From Eledone cirrhosa (Eukaryota), in assembly GCA_964016885.1 (NCBI GenBank), contig OZ024740.1:94116001-94180000 (forward strand): 64,000 nt of DNA. Reading direction: 5' to 3'. Shown in pieces: positions 1-16,082 of this stretch; position 1 is the stretch's first letter; each line of letters opens with the position of its first letter. The notes under the pieces were generated by a model. The model worked only from the letters and a program-made list of their open reading frames with translations, did not search any database and was not told the DNA's origin. The position numbers and the translations under genes were made by a program.

Positions 1-2134
1 TATTCGATGAACATGCGCCTTATTACAACCAGGCCCTCAAGCGGAGTGGTTTCCGGGAGGAAATATCCTACTGTCCAGCTCCCATTAGCGGAACCATCAG
101 GAGACACCGCCGCTCACGCAATGTAACATGGTTCAATCCTCCCCACAACGCAGAGGTGACAACTCCCATCGGGAAACTATTCTTTAGGCTCATTGAAAGA
201 CACTTCCCATTACAACACTGCTACCACAACATAATTAACAAAAATACCATCAAACTCTCTTACAGCACTACACCAAACTTCGCACAAAACATCGTCTCCT
301 CTAACAACAAAAAACTCAACCCCGATGGCAGAAATAACCTAAATAGCAGTGGAGAACCGACCAGGAGGTGTAAATGCCCGGATATCTATTTGCCCACTCG
401 ACAATAGATGCAGAGACCGTAATGTGATCTACCAGTGCAACGTGAGGACGGATACCTCCAACAAAGCCTATATAGGACTTACCGCATGTTACTTCAAGAC
501 CCGGCTATACCAACATAGACATACCTTCCGAAACCCGGCCCGGCGTCACGCCACTACACTTTCGGGCCACATATGGGACCTCAAGGACAACAACATCACC
601 TATGATCTCACTTGGAGATTACTGTCCAGAGCCAATTCTTACACGGGAGGACGCCGTCCGTGCAATTTATGCTCGGAGGAAACATTACAAATGCTGTTTT
701 CGACGGACCAACTCCTAAACAAGAAAGATGAACTGGTTACTGCATGTAAACATAGATTGCGTAGGACTTACCTCGCCCTCAAACCCCGTAATGACCCGGG
801 GGTAGACTAGGGCTATAACACCCCACTTGCCGATTTTGCAATGGGTAACCCCTGCTTGCCAAGGGAGACGTAAGATCTTATTTGTATTCTTTTATCGCTT
901 CCTTTATTTCCATCCTTCCCCCCTCTCTCCTTAGTCCTTCTACCCCAGCTCTTCTCCTTTGTCGGCGTCTCTTCTCGCCCACCCGAGGCTGCCCTTTGGC
1001 CCCTTGTAGCCTTAGTACCCCCACCCCCTCCCCTAGTCTAGGATAGATTTGGCGGACTCCGCCCTTTATAGCAGTTGGTTTAGACCCCGGTTACTTGTCC
1101 CCTTTTTCCGACCGCTCCCACTATTCTCTGTGCCCTCTATATTTCCTAGTGGCACTTATGCCTTATTTTTTCGTTTCAGTATTTCTTTCTTCGCTTTTCT
1201 TTTGGGCGGGGTGGATTCTGAATTTATTTTCCGTATACTACCTTTACTTCGTACGAACTTTCATGTAGCTTGTTTTAGATCTTTTAGAATTAGCATTAGT
1301 ATATATTTTTCTCGGGACTCAGAATTATTATCTCGTATTAGTTCACTTTGCTGCACTGGGTGGTTGCTGGAATTGTGCCCGGGATGGAAACCTTTATTGT
1401 TTATTTCGTGGTAGTCTCTTTAGTATTTTGGCCCCTTTTGTTGACCCGTCACCGTATCATTTACGTACTTATACCTCTTAAAAGTGTCCTCGCCTATCCG
1501 TCCCACCTAGTTCTTTTACTTATTTCGTTATTTCATTATTTCTTTCTTTACTTCTTTCTTACTTTCTTTATTTATTTATTTATTCTAGCCTAACAATAGC
1601 TAGAGACCTAGGTCGTAGAATTTAATTTACTTTACTTTTTTTCTTTACACTCATTTGTTTTTCTTTACACTTATTTGCTTTTCTTCACTCTCAGTTTTTT
1701 TTCTTTCCTATATATATTTCTACCCCCCATTGTTCTACCTACCGTTCCGACTTCCTCCCCCTCCCCCTCCCCTGTATCTTCTTTGACCTCATGCCCAGAT
1801 GTAGCTGGCACTACAAACGCTTGATTGGGTCTACTCCACCCCCTCCCCTCTTTCTCCTACTGGCAGGTTTAGCCACCATCTCCCCTACTAATTTGCAACC
1901 ACAGAATTACTACTGGATTTTGACAATCACTTTGACCATATATGGAAATACCCCTTGAGAAGATCGGCTATTTAAATACCAGGATAAATTTTCATTTAGT
2001 CCAGAATTAGCCGTCGAAACGGCTTGAGCTCAGCTGTCAGGGTCTCACTGGTTCCAATTACCCACTCTACTACCTCAAGTATTGAGTACTTTGGTGCGTT
2101 ATGGTCCACCTGGTTCCTTACCACATTTCCTTCG

Positions 2135-2136
<2 letters not shown>
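1..2136 (+). mobile_element. Hydra-type Penelope-like element, 3' part (RT end, linker, GIY-YIG, long 3' UTR/pLTR)
   Basis: Frameshifted ORFs 156-407 and 349-810: TIKLSYSTTPNF, RCKC...CPLDNRC, NVIYQC..KAYIGLT..FKTRLYQH..TTLSGHIW..CNLC..LLNKKDE..CKH; ends in (TA)n at 2137. Confidence 0.9.
1950..2043 (+). ncRNA. Type I hammerhead ribozyme, U3-A8 core, 54-nt stem II domain
   Basis: acccc-TTGAGAA-gatcggcta...tagccgtc-GAAA-cggct tgagctc agctg-TC-agggt; the paralog near 61775 has ggggt, restoring stem I. Confidence 0.75.
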
Positions 2137-2181
<45 letters not shown>

Positions 2182-2186
<5 letters not shown>

Positions 2187-4811
2187 ATAAAAATAAAGAT
2201 AATAATGACAAAAATAAAAGCAAAGAAGGGGGTGAGAAGTAAGAAAATAAAAGATAGCCAAGAAGGGGGAAGGAAGGAAGAAAACGAAGAAATAGAAGAG
2301 GAATGAGGGAGAAGGGGGGATATATGTATTGGTTTTGTGGGTAATTAAAGGGTCTAGATATAAGAGTGTATAAAGTCTAAGTATATGCAGTTTCTCAGTT
2401 GGTGGTAAGAGGTTAAGGGTTCGATTTGTAGTGCGAACATTTCTCTTTGAGTCTATGGTTACAATATATTGATCTCTCAATTTTATTGTTGTGTAACCCA
2501 TTCTTCGAACTTAAGATGTGGAACAGCTCAAGGTCGCATAATCGACAGCTTCTCATACCACTTCGATATGGGGGCGCGTTTGATAATGTTTTCCACTTCA
2601 CGTGTATTGATGGTTACTTTCCCTCAGTTGCCAGGTCTTGTTTGCAAGGGTAGTTATATAACGGTGCTGGGAATGTTTCATTGCGTAACGGTGTGTATAC
2701 CAACGAGCTTTAAAAGTATTCCCAGTCTCTCTGATGTAATACAATTTCTGGTTGTCTGATTCCACTGTGCATTGGTAAACCAGGTTAGACTGCATACATT
2801 CATTTTGTAATGGACAGGCTTCAGGTAGGTGGCAGTTACATTTCTTGTTATGGGCAACTTTGGTATCATTTGTGGGCTGCGATGCCTGAACAAGTGTGTT
2901 ACGTTTTGTTTGCCTATTAGCGGGTGGTTGTGTATTAGATAGTCTGTGTTCGGTGGTAATCGTATTGTTATTGTTGTAAATTTGTGTTTTGGTGTTGTTA
3001 TGTATCTTGTTAGCGTTAAGCATCTTAATGTGTGCTTCTATATTTGGTGCCGTGGAGTAGGATAGTCTAATAGATTTAGTGTTAAGGATTTTGCTGTATC
3101 TATGTGAATCTGGAAAGTGCCTATTTATTATTCTAAAGAAAGTATAGGGTAGGTTAGTACTAATAGAGGTGTTAAATATGGGATTATACCAAATATATTT
3201 TCTACTGCGTGACTTGTTTGATTTCGATGTTGTATTTCTATTTGCCGTATACTTTGAAGTTCCATGCTTAAATGTGTGTATGCGTGTGTTTCTGGAGTTT
3301 GTGTTATGCGTGCTCGTGTGTGCTTCACATAGGCTTTCATCTATAAATTCTACTCTATCTAAGTGGCCTGCCTTCTCTAATGCGGTATTGTAGTATTCTG
3401 CATGTTCTTCGAAGATTTGCCGATTAGATGAGAGGCGGGAGATCCTAAGGGATATGCTGCGTGGAATGGATTTCATTATTGATAGTAGGTGGTTTGAGTT
3501 ACAGTTGATGTATGCTAAGTTTTCATTAATCTTGTGAAAAGGTCTTATAAGTCCCGTATTTAGGTTAAGCGTCACATCTAGAAAGTTAACTATTTTAGTG
3601 CTATACTCATACGTTATGCTAAGGTCTAGTTTTCCGAGAGTCTTTCTAATAATCTTACGGAGTCTTTCTATGCTCTGGTTATTTAGGTTCTTAACTAGGA
3701 GAAGGGCGTCGTCTCTGTAGATTCCACCGTGAAGGTCGCTAAACTCGCTTTGTAAACTATGGGCTATGTAAATACCTACAAAGTCTGTGACTTGAGCCGA
3801 GTCGTTAGCCCCCATCCTGATCTCAAAGCTATTTAATCTATCCTTACGTTCCCAATAGGCGTTTTCAAATTCAATTATTGTTTTCCTAGCAGCTAATATG
3901 ATTGTTATCTCGTCGTCTGTTATGTCAGAATTGGTTTTGGCGAATGCTAAGGCTTTATCCAAGGTGTTGGGGATATAGATGAGTAATAATCGTTAATGTC
4001 AAATTGTATAAATTTAGATACTTCTTTGTTAGCTGTATTGTTAAACCATTTAATTGTTTCGGTAGCGTTACCCCATAGTTTAATCACTAGTTTATTCTTC
4101 ATTTGTGCTATCACTCTGTCTAATTTATGTTTACTAATTTTCCCGATGTCCGATTTGGATGGGCATATAAGTCTAATAGTGGGGTTACAATCAACATTTA
4201 CCTTGTGGTCTTTGAGGTTAAATGAGGGGGTACATGGCTTAAGTGACTCCGTTCTGTCGTCTATTCCTAGGTGTTTGACTATATTGTGTGCCTCGTTGTT
4301 GATGTTTATCAGTGCCGCCTCATTTGTTTTTTTGTATTTCCTATGTAATTCTTTCCGTATGAAGCTATTGTATGTATTAACATCCATCGTATACACAACT
4401 GATGTTTTGTCCGCTTTGACAATAATTCCATTGGTGGTTCGCAGCTTTTTTATGAATCTACTTATGTCATTCTGGAGTTTATTATTCCTCCGCTTTTTGA
4501 ATTTGATATTCATAATCATCTTCAGTAAGTCCTGTTCAAAGGCATCCAGTTGAGGGTTGGTAGGTGGGTTTTTACACGATTTGAAGCCGTATGTTTCCTT
4601 GTTATATTCCACAGTGCGACCATTACGTCCTTTGTCGAAATGGAAAGTTTTCCATCTAACTCTGCGTATAAAGTCGTTTGTTCGCTGTATCATCCCGAGA
4701 GTATAATCCTTTCTCCGAGGCATAGGAATGTTCTTTAGGGACATACCTATGTAATGCTTTTCCATAGTAGTAGCGTATGTTTAGGTGGTTGCTCGACCGA
4801 TAAGGAGCCTG
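2182..4811 (-). mobile_element. Hydra-type PLE, near full-length, frameshifted (left arm of inverted pair)
   Basis: ORFs 3947-4765, 2598-3962 and 2413-2601: KADKT, QFDINDYYSSI, MGANDSAQV, GIYRDDAL, NFLDVTL, CNCHLPEACP, GIY-YIG. Confidence 0.92.
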
Positions 4812-7465
<2,654 letters not shown>

Positions 7466-7479
7466 ACACACATATATAT

Positions 7480-7995
7480 ATATATTTACTCTTGATTGGC
7501 CAGAGGTGTTTATTTACAGGTACCTTATGAATTTGACTTTCCGTATTTATTACTGTTGTGAAATATTGTGGCTTTTTCTGGTTGTAACTTCTCTGCTTTT
7601 TAGCCTAGGAAAATATCTATATATATATGCCTACGTATATAATTACATGCATATATGTATTTATTTTCTTTTATTAATTGAGTTCTTTACACGAGGAATT
7701 AATATTGGTTTTGAAATAACTAATTAACCCGCGTGTGTGTTATATATTTTACTCTTAATAATTCGGCCGGAAAATTATATTCCCATTTGCCCTTTATAGC
7801 ATAACTTTCTGCATTTACCGCGGTTATGAGAAGCGGTTCTTATACGGGTACAACTTCTGATTTAGCCTAAGAAAATATCTATATGCGCGTGTAATTTATA
7901 CAAGCATATATTTATTTTTTAATTTTCAATTGAGTTCTTAAACACGTTGGATTGATAATGTTTTCAAAAAAACTAATTAACCCGCGTGTATATTA
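7480..7995. repeat. Two diverged ~250-bp tandem copies, unclassified
   Basis: Shared blocks tatttactct, ttagccta(g/a)gaaaa, attgagttctt..acacg and aactaattaacccgcgtgt each occur twice. Confidence 0.6.
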
Positions 7996-8783
7996 TTTTT
8001 TTTCCTCATTTCGTGGATCGTGGGTTGTCTCCCCTTCCCGCTTCGTGTCGCTATGATACTTCCTCTGTCAAAAACTGTTGGAATTTCAAATTTGGCGGTC
8101 ATTCGAGGTGAGAGGGAGCAACTTTACGGACATGATTTTTGACAGCGGTAAGAAATTGTTTTCTTATTTCAATGTTTAATGGGCTTCCACTGATGATTTA
8201 TAAGGGCCCACCTAAATATATTCTTACATGAATATATATTAGGCTTCTATATAAACTGGAAACATTCTCCCAAACTTGTGGAAAAATTATAATGAAACAA
8301 TTGTTTGGAAAGAGAGATATACTTTAACTTTAATTATATCTCATAAAATAATACAACTGGTTTTTCCACGTTATACATATTGTTAGCACCCCAAACACTT
8401 AAATTGGGTTTATATTGTAATATATCTTTAAACTATCTCTGTTATTGTATTAATTATATATATATATATATATATCTTTATATCTCCACCCCCTCTCTCC
8501 CTCTCTATCCATCCCTCCCACTATTATCTATTTAATTCTCTTTAACTCACTACACTCCACGACATGATGTCTGCTATCAAAACTGACCAAAGAATCCTTC
8601 CACCTCTACCCCTACCACCACCTCAGTTTGTCATACTACTTCCTACCTCTTACCCCTTCCTCTCTCTCTATACTATGCCGTCTGTCCCCTCACCTTCTGA
8701 TTCCTCTCTCTCTATACTAGTAAATACAATTCCAAATAAATGTTTTTCTCTATATATTAAGAATTATTTCAAGAGTAACTCAC

Positions 8784-8885
8784 TATTTTGAAAATTCGGA
8801 CTGTGAACAACAATTATAATTGAGTGGCTGCTATTTGCAGTATAGCAATATAAGGTTGCACTTACCAATGAAACGGTCGTAAATA
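8784..8885 (+). ncRNA. Type I hammerhead, U3-A8 core, 75-nt stem II domain, in an orphan PLE 3' end (about 8470-8940)
   Basis: tatt-TTGAAAA-ttcgg...ccaat-GAAA-cggtcg-TA-aata, then ggATTAAAtcctttt. Confidence 0.65.
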
Positions 8886-8981
8886 CCTGGATTAAATCCT
8901 TTTCTTGATGCTTAACTGTGTCTTCTCTTTTATACAATATATATATTCTCTAAGCACTCAGCCACACGCCTTCAACTATAA

Positions 8982-9610
<629 letters not shown>

Positions 9611-9752
9611 ACATGTGTGCATGTATCTATATATATATACATACTACTGTAGGTCTGTATACATATATGTATGTACGTGTACATACTTTTTTAAGTAACA
9701 GCCGTACTAAGAGTGGGAAATGAAATTTTCATATTTTTTCCGTTTATAAATA

Positions 9753-9817
<65 letters not shown>

Positions 9818-9820
<3 letters not shown>

Positions 9821-12570
9821 AAAAAGAGAAATAGGACGAAGGTAAACAGTTACAAAAGGATTTAATCCACGTATTAACAATTGTTTCATCAGCATTTCAG
9901 TCCTTTATTGCTACACTATGTCATAATAGGCAATCAAGAAAGATACTGTGACATGAATACCTACCACGACCTTATACGGAAGGAATTACATAAAAAATAT
10001 AAGAAAACCAATAACCAAACACTTCTTAACATCAACAAAGAAGCACACCATATCGTCAACAGTCTAGAACTTGAAGATAGAACTGAACCCATGACAACTT
10101 GCACCCCCACCTTTAATCTTAAGGCCACGAATTAGATTTCCCAGATAAATTCACAATTAGATTAATATGCCCTTCTAAGTCAGACATAGGTAAAATTAGC
10201 AAGCATATTTTAGATAGAATAATAATACAATTATGGAATAAACTACTTACTAAACTTTCGGACAATACTAGCGACACAATTAAATGGTTTAATAGTATAG
10301 ATAACAAAAACATCTCTAACTTTATACGATTCGACATTAATGACTATTACTCCTCTATATCACCCGATACTCTAAACAAGGCACTAGCATTTGCGAAAGC
10401 CAACTCTGACCTAACCGACGACGAAATAAACATCGTCCTAGCAGGTAGAAAGACGATAATTAAATTTGAAAATAACTTTTGGGTACGTAAGGATAGAATA
10501 GGTAACTTTGACATAACTATGGGTGCTAATGACTCAGCACAAGTTACGGATATTGTTGGTATTTACATAGCCCACACCTTACATAATACATTTAGTTACC
10601 TTCAAGGCGGAATATATAGAAATGACGCTCTCCTATTAGTTAAAAACATGAATAAACAAAACATAGAGCGAACCCGTAAGAGCATTAGAAGAACCCTAGT
10701 TATCCTTGGCCTTAAAATCACCTACGAATATAGTACCATAGTAGTTAACTTCCTAGATGCCACCTTCAACGTCAACACCCAAATTATCACACCCATTCAC
10801 AAAAACAATGAGAACCTCACCTACATCCACACTAGCTCTAACCACCCACTATCTATTATAAGGTCCGTGCCACATAGTATATCACTTAGAATATCCCGCC
10901 TCTTATCTAACCAACAAATATTTGATCAACACGCTGAATATTACAACACTGCATTAGAACGGGCTGGCCACACCGACAAACTAGAATAGTTAGACCGACA
11001 CAACCATAAAACACATAACCATAGACAGGCCAAACGACCCACAAACATCCGCACACACGCACCTAGACCCCCTAATACTAACCACACCACAAATACAACA
11101 GCAACATCAAAGCAAAACAGAACACGGAGTAGATCTTACATTTGCTATAATCCTATTTTTAACTCTTCTATTAGCTCTAACTTACCTTCCACATTCTACA
11201 AAATTATAAGAAATCACTTTCCAAATTCCCATAAATATAGTAGTGTACTGTAAATCAAAACAATTAGACTATCTTATTCCACTGCACCAATCCTAGACGC
11301 ACACAGTAAGATGTTCAACGCCAAAAAAACTCCGTAACAACAACACCCAATCACTCAACACAATAATACACCTAATACACAACCACCCAGAAACCAACAG
11401 TATGCACAAAACACACTCACAGACACATCCCAGCCCACCTATAACTCCACCACTGCCCATAACAGAAATTGTAATTGCCACCTTCCAGAGGCTTGTCCAT
11501 TGAATAACGAATGTTTGCATTCAAACCTAGTGTACAGGTGCTCGTTTGAGTCGGACAACCAAACCTGGCACTACATAGGCAGCACTGCAAACACCTTCAA
11601 AACTCGTTGGTACACGCATCGTTACGCAATAAAGCACCCCCAACACCGTTACGTAACGACCCTCGCCGACAAAATTTAGCACTTAAAAGGGAGTAACTGA
11701 CAATACACCCTTAAATGGACCAAACTCGCACATGCTCCTCCATACCGGAGTGGGATGAAAACGTGCCCGTTGTGTAATAATGAGCTCTTCCATATCCTAA
11801 GCTCAGATCACCAACTACTCAACAACAAAATTGAAATGTCAATCTTTTGCCAGCATAAACTGAAAGCGAAATTCTCTCACTTCAAACCTTCAACTAAATC
11901 TTAACACTACTTTTCTACCCTAAATAACAATTCTACACTCCTAAAAATAGACTATATATGACATTTAATACTTTGTTCCTTCATCTATTCACTGGTAAAA
12001 CTTTTGCCTGTCCACTACCAACTGCCACTTAAAATTCTATCTTCCTTATCTCTTTATCACTCCCTCTACTCACTCATCACAACTTTTAGCACACAATCCT
12101 CCCCCCTCCCCTCTTGTAACTTAACTATATCCTATACAAATCCTCTCACACCCCCCTATCTCTTTCTTTTTCTCTCCCTACCCCCGTCCCTATTCTCTCT
12201 CTCTCTCCCTCTCTTTTTCCCCTCTCTCTCACTGTTCCTCTATCTTACACTACTACCCTTATTTCATTTCCTAAGGTCATTTCAACTTTGTATTTTGAAA
12301 ATTCGGATTACACTTTATCTTTCTTGATTGCCTATTATGACATAGTGTAGCAATAATGGACTGACATTCTGATGGAACAATTGTTAATACGTGGATTATA
12401 TCCTTTTGTAACTGTTTACCTTCGTCTTATTTCTCTTTTTTGATTACACTCCTCGTTTGTTCGTGTTTCCACCACAGAATCCCTACCAACCTGTCGAGTC
12501 ACCTTAACGTATATTGATAACTTTCCTCACAACTTGTTCTACCAAGCGTTGGAATATTTCCAATTACTGA
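9818..12570 (+). mobile_element. Decayed Hydra-type PLE with inverted partial pLTR at its 5' end
   Basis: RT remnants (RFDINDYYSSI, MGANDSAQV, GIYRNDAL), CNCHLPEACP, HYIGSTANTFKTRW; 9818-9945 is the reverse complement of about 12316-12440. Confidence 0.9.
12290..12390 (+). ncRNA. Type I hammerhead, U3-A8 core, 72-nt stem II domain
   Basis: gtatt-TTGAAAA-ttcgga...tctgat-GGAA-caattg-TT-aatac; the inverted copy at 9871-9890 retains intact GAAA. Confidence 0.72.
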
Positions 12571-12592
12571 ATATATATTTATATGTGTGTGT

Positions 12593-12634
<42 letters not shown>

Positions 12635-12684
12635 GTGTATAAATATATATTTAACTATCCATCAATCTATCTACCTACCTATAA

Positions 12685-13217
12685 GCCGCCTCCCCTCTTC
12701 AAAAACGAAGGAGAGGGGCGGTGTTTATGTGCATAATAACCATGGCGAAAGAGGTTGTTTGGTGGACGCGTCTGAAAGGACTGAGGTCAGACACCTTTCT
12801 CTCTGGCCAACGACTGGTCCGTTTCTTCCGATGTCATTTCGGAAAATTGATCAGCATGGAGAGAGAGGTGCTGCACCCCAGCCGTTTTTATGAAAGATGG
12901 GTGAAAGTGGCGAGAATGGCCCGTGTGAATGGGCCTTCACTCTACATCAGACTATAGGTGAGGAAGATAAAATATGAAGGGTGCACCCCCTCTCGGTGCT
13001 CCTGAGGAGAAGGGTTGCACACTTTTTTTGGATGTGTGCGACCCCCCCAAGGCGCCTCCTCCCTATTGAGGATTTTGTTATAAAATTTATTTTGTTATGT
13101 TGTATTTTATTTTTATATCTTGTTATTGCCTCCTCCTTATTGAGGACGCCTTGTTATGTAAACTCCCCCATTGTACTTGTCCCACTTTTTGATGCCCTGG
13201 TGGCAAATAAAAAGAAA
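12685..13217 (+). mobile_element. 3' end of an L1/Tx1-like LINE
   Basis: AKEVVWWTRL..EREVL..FYERWV resembles an L1/Tx1 ORF2 C-terminus; 3' UTR ends at aataaaaagaaaa. Confidence 0.55.
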
Positions 13218-13321
13218 ATTATCTATCTAATCTATCTATTTATCCATCTTTTTCTCTCCCCTGTCTCTCTTTCGCTATATATATATATAATTAATATATA
13301 TTTATTAAAATAACAGTTTAA

Positions 13322-13372
13322 AGTTTCAGCAAAGAATCGATGCTTTCACCCTTAACGGGATCTTCTGAAACT
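13322..13372 (-). ncRNA. Hammerhead variant with CAGAAGA core (G at position 17, likely inactive copy)
   Basis: agttt-CAGAAGA-tccc gttaa gggt-GAA-AGCA..TGCT-G-aaact. Confidence 0.55.
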
Positions 13373-13544
13373 GACAAAGTCAATCTGTAAACGCACAAGG
13401 GGATATTTCAAAAAACGTTGCAACCGGATGAAGACAGAAAGACGATACTTTGGTTCGTGGTAACGTTCCCTGTCGTCTTCCTGTCTTCCTCCGGTTGCAA
13501 CGTTTTTGAAATAACCACTTCTGCGTTTACAGATTGACTTTGTT

Positions 13545-13596
13545 AGTTTTCAGAAGATCCCGTTAAGGGCGAAAGCAGCGATTATTTGCTTAAACT
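13545..13596 (+). ncRNA. Hammerhead variant with CAGAAGA core
   Basis: agtttt-CAGAAGA-tccc gttaa gggc-GAA-AGCA gcgattatt TGCT-T-aaact. Confidence 0.6.
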
Positions 13597-13706
13597 TGAA
13601 TCTGTTATCTTAATAAATATTTGCTCTAAGGTTCTTATATATTTGATATATATTTAACCTTATCGAGCCCTGTTTGGATTTTAGTCCTCAAATGTATTAT
13701 TATTAC

Positions 13707-13756
<50 letters not shown>

Positions 13757-13771
13757 TATATATACTGTGTA

Positions 13772-13903
<132 letters not shown>

Positions 13904-13956
13904 TATTCAATTTTAAGAATAACCAGAGAGTGCTTAGAAATACATTGTTTTTATTA

Positions 13957-14013
13957 GCTAACAGTGTTTCGTCAATCTACCTTGAGATAAAACCACACTG
14001 ACATACCAAGGGC
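13957..14013 (-). ncRNA. Decayed hammerhead
   Basis: gccc-TTGGTAT-gtcagt...attgac-GAAA-cactg-TT-agct-aataaa; core has two mismatches to TTGATAA. Confidence 0.4.
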
Positions 14014-14059
14014 AGTATATCTGCGTGTCTTGGCACATTGATATATTTGTGAACGAAAC

Positions 14060-14176
<117 letters not shown>

Positions 14177-14177
14177 G

Positions 14178-14350
14178 GAAACATTCTTTCACGTTCAATG
14201 ATGCTGAAGCATGGAAGAAACTACCTGCAGCACTTATTATCTGTCAAGACACTGCATCCTTTAAAACTCCATGCTCCCCGAGATTCGCCAACACTACACC
14301 TAATGTTCCCCTCCATATACATACACACATGTATATCATGACTCATATAC
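14178..14350 (+). mobile_element. CR1-like LINE 3' end fragment
   Basis: Translates to [27 protein letters not shown], like the CR1-group terminal FF..R...WN.LP...SFK motif. Confidence 0.5.
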
Positions 14351-14574
14351 TATTCACTTTCCTGTATTTTATTATATGTAGGTGGATTGGCATAATAAGT
14401 AGAGGGTCGAACCCCATGCTTTCCAGCATAGTTACATATTTTCAGCATAGTTACAGAGCAACATATATATGAATAAGAGAAAGATAGACCAAAAGAGAAG
14501 GAGGAGCAGACGGACTGATTTTCTATTTGTCGAATATGATGTATGACGAGCAACCGGTCCAGAGGTAAAGGGAA

Positions 14575-14765
14575 ATAAATAATTGTTTCTACTTTAGGCA
14601 CAAGGCCAGCAAATACTTAGTGCATTACTGGTATTTATTTTATCGACCCGGTAAGGATGAAAGGCAAAGTCAACCTCGGCGGGATTTGAACTCAGATCGT
14701 AAAGGGACGTAACTATGCTGGAAAGCATGGCGTCCCACCCTCTACCGATACTGACAATACACCGC
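14575..14765 (-). mobile_element. SINE (octopus-type)
   Basis: gagttcaaatcccgccgaggttgactttgcctttcatcctt..gggtcgataaaataaa(t/g)taccagt; several copies in the window. Confidence 0.75.
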
Positions 14766-14903
14766 GGAAAGGGAAATAAGTAATGTTTGTATGGGTGCAT
14801 GTGCGTGGATATAAAAGTATCTACACACACGTATGCATGTGTGCGTTAGTCTGTACACATATACACACATATACAAATACAAGTGCGTGCGTGTTTGTTT
14901 ATG

Positions 14904-14947
<44 letters not shown>

Positions 14948-14996
14948 ATAGGTACATATAAAAACATATCTGTGTGTGTTAATGTGTGCGCGTTTG

Positions 14997-15106
<110 letters not shown>

Positions 15107-15231
15107 GTTAGGTGTGTTTAGCCTTTAAGTATGTTGTAGCTCTTGTTCATCTGAATCATTGAGTGCTTGCCACACATCTCGAAAGTTGTTTTTCGTTAAT
15201 TCCTAAGCCGAAATACGATTCTTGCTAATTA

Positions 15232-15287
<56 letters not shown>

Positions 15288-15344
15288 ATATATATATAGA
15301 GAGATATATATATATATATAGATATAGATACACACTCACACACA

Positions 15345-15381
<37 letters not shown>

Positions 15382-15414
15382 TTGTACAATTATATACCTA
15401 CACACACACTCACA

Positions 15415-15495
<81 letters not shown>

Positions 15496-15506
15496 ATATG
15501 TGTATG

Positions 15507-15539
<33 letters not shown>

Positions 15540-15542
<3 letters not shown>

Positions 15543-15758
15543 ATTAGTATATCTACTAACATATGTATACAGATGTATACCCATGCTAGCAAATATATAT
15601 GTTATGTCTTAGTACCTTTGTGGTTCTATGCAGGGGGATGCAGAACAATGATATGAAAAACGTAAAATAAGAACATTTTAAAAATTTAAAATTAACTTAC
15701 TTACTAAAATTTTAGTAAGTAAGTTAATTTTAAATTTTTAAAATTTTCTTGTTTTACG

Positions 15759-15765
<7 letters not shown>
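15540..15765. repeat. Fold-back copy of the 45.2-46.8 kb repeat family
   Basis: Matches 45180-45340; acgtaaaataagaacatttt...ttacttacta is inverted around about 15708. Confidence 0.75.
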
Positions 15766-15846
<81 letters not shown>

Positions 15847-16041
15847 ACGAAGGACGTGTGGTGAGCAACAAGATGGACCATAACGCACCAGAGTACTCAA
15901 TACTTAGGGTAGTAGATTGGGTAATAGGAAAATGACAAACCCCGGCGGCAGAGCTCCAGCCGTTTAGACGGCTATTTCTGGAATCCAGAAATAGCCGTCG
16001 AAACGGTTTGAGCTCTGCAGTCGGTTTTAAACATTTTCCTG

Positions 16042-16043
<2 letters not shown>
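15847..16043. mobile_element. Solo pLTR of the 1-2136 family with a fold-back inside HHR stem II
   Basis: Reverse complement of about 2000-2136, then re-inverted at gacggctatttctgga-a-tccagaaatagccgtc; flanked by (TA)n. Confidence 0.85.

Positions 16044-16082
<39 letters not shown>

Larger units (their letters stand above)
13295..13621. repeat. ~325-bp palindrome of two inverted PLE pLTR ends
   Basis: About 13295-13445 is the reverse complement of about 13473-13621; same sequence as 54197-54272. Confidence 0.9.

Noticed and set aside
3996-4553. Antisense ORFs over PLE RTs (also 58871-59251 and others)
   Set aside because: Shadow frames of the coding strand with no recognisable motifs
12335-12368. 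SECIS-like ATGA...AA...GA inside the long stem II
   Set aside because: The helix between the quartet halves cannot form 11-13 bp, and the pattern is not shared by the other long-stem HHRs
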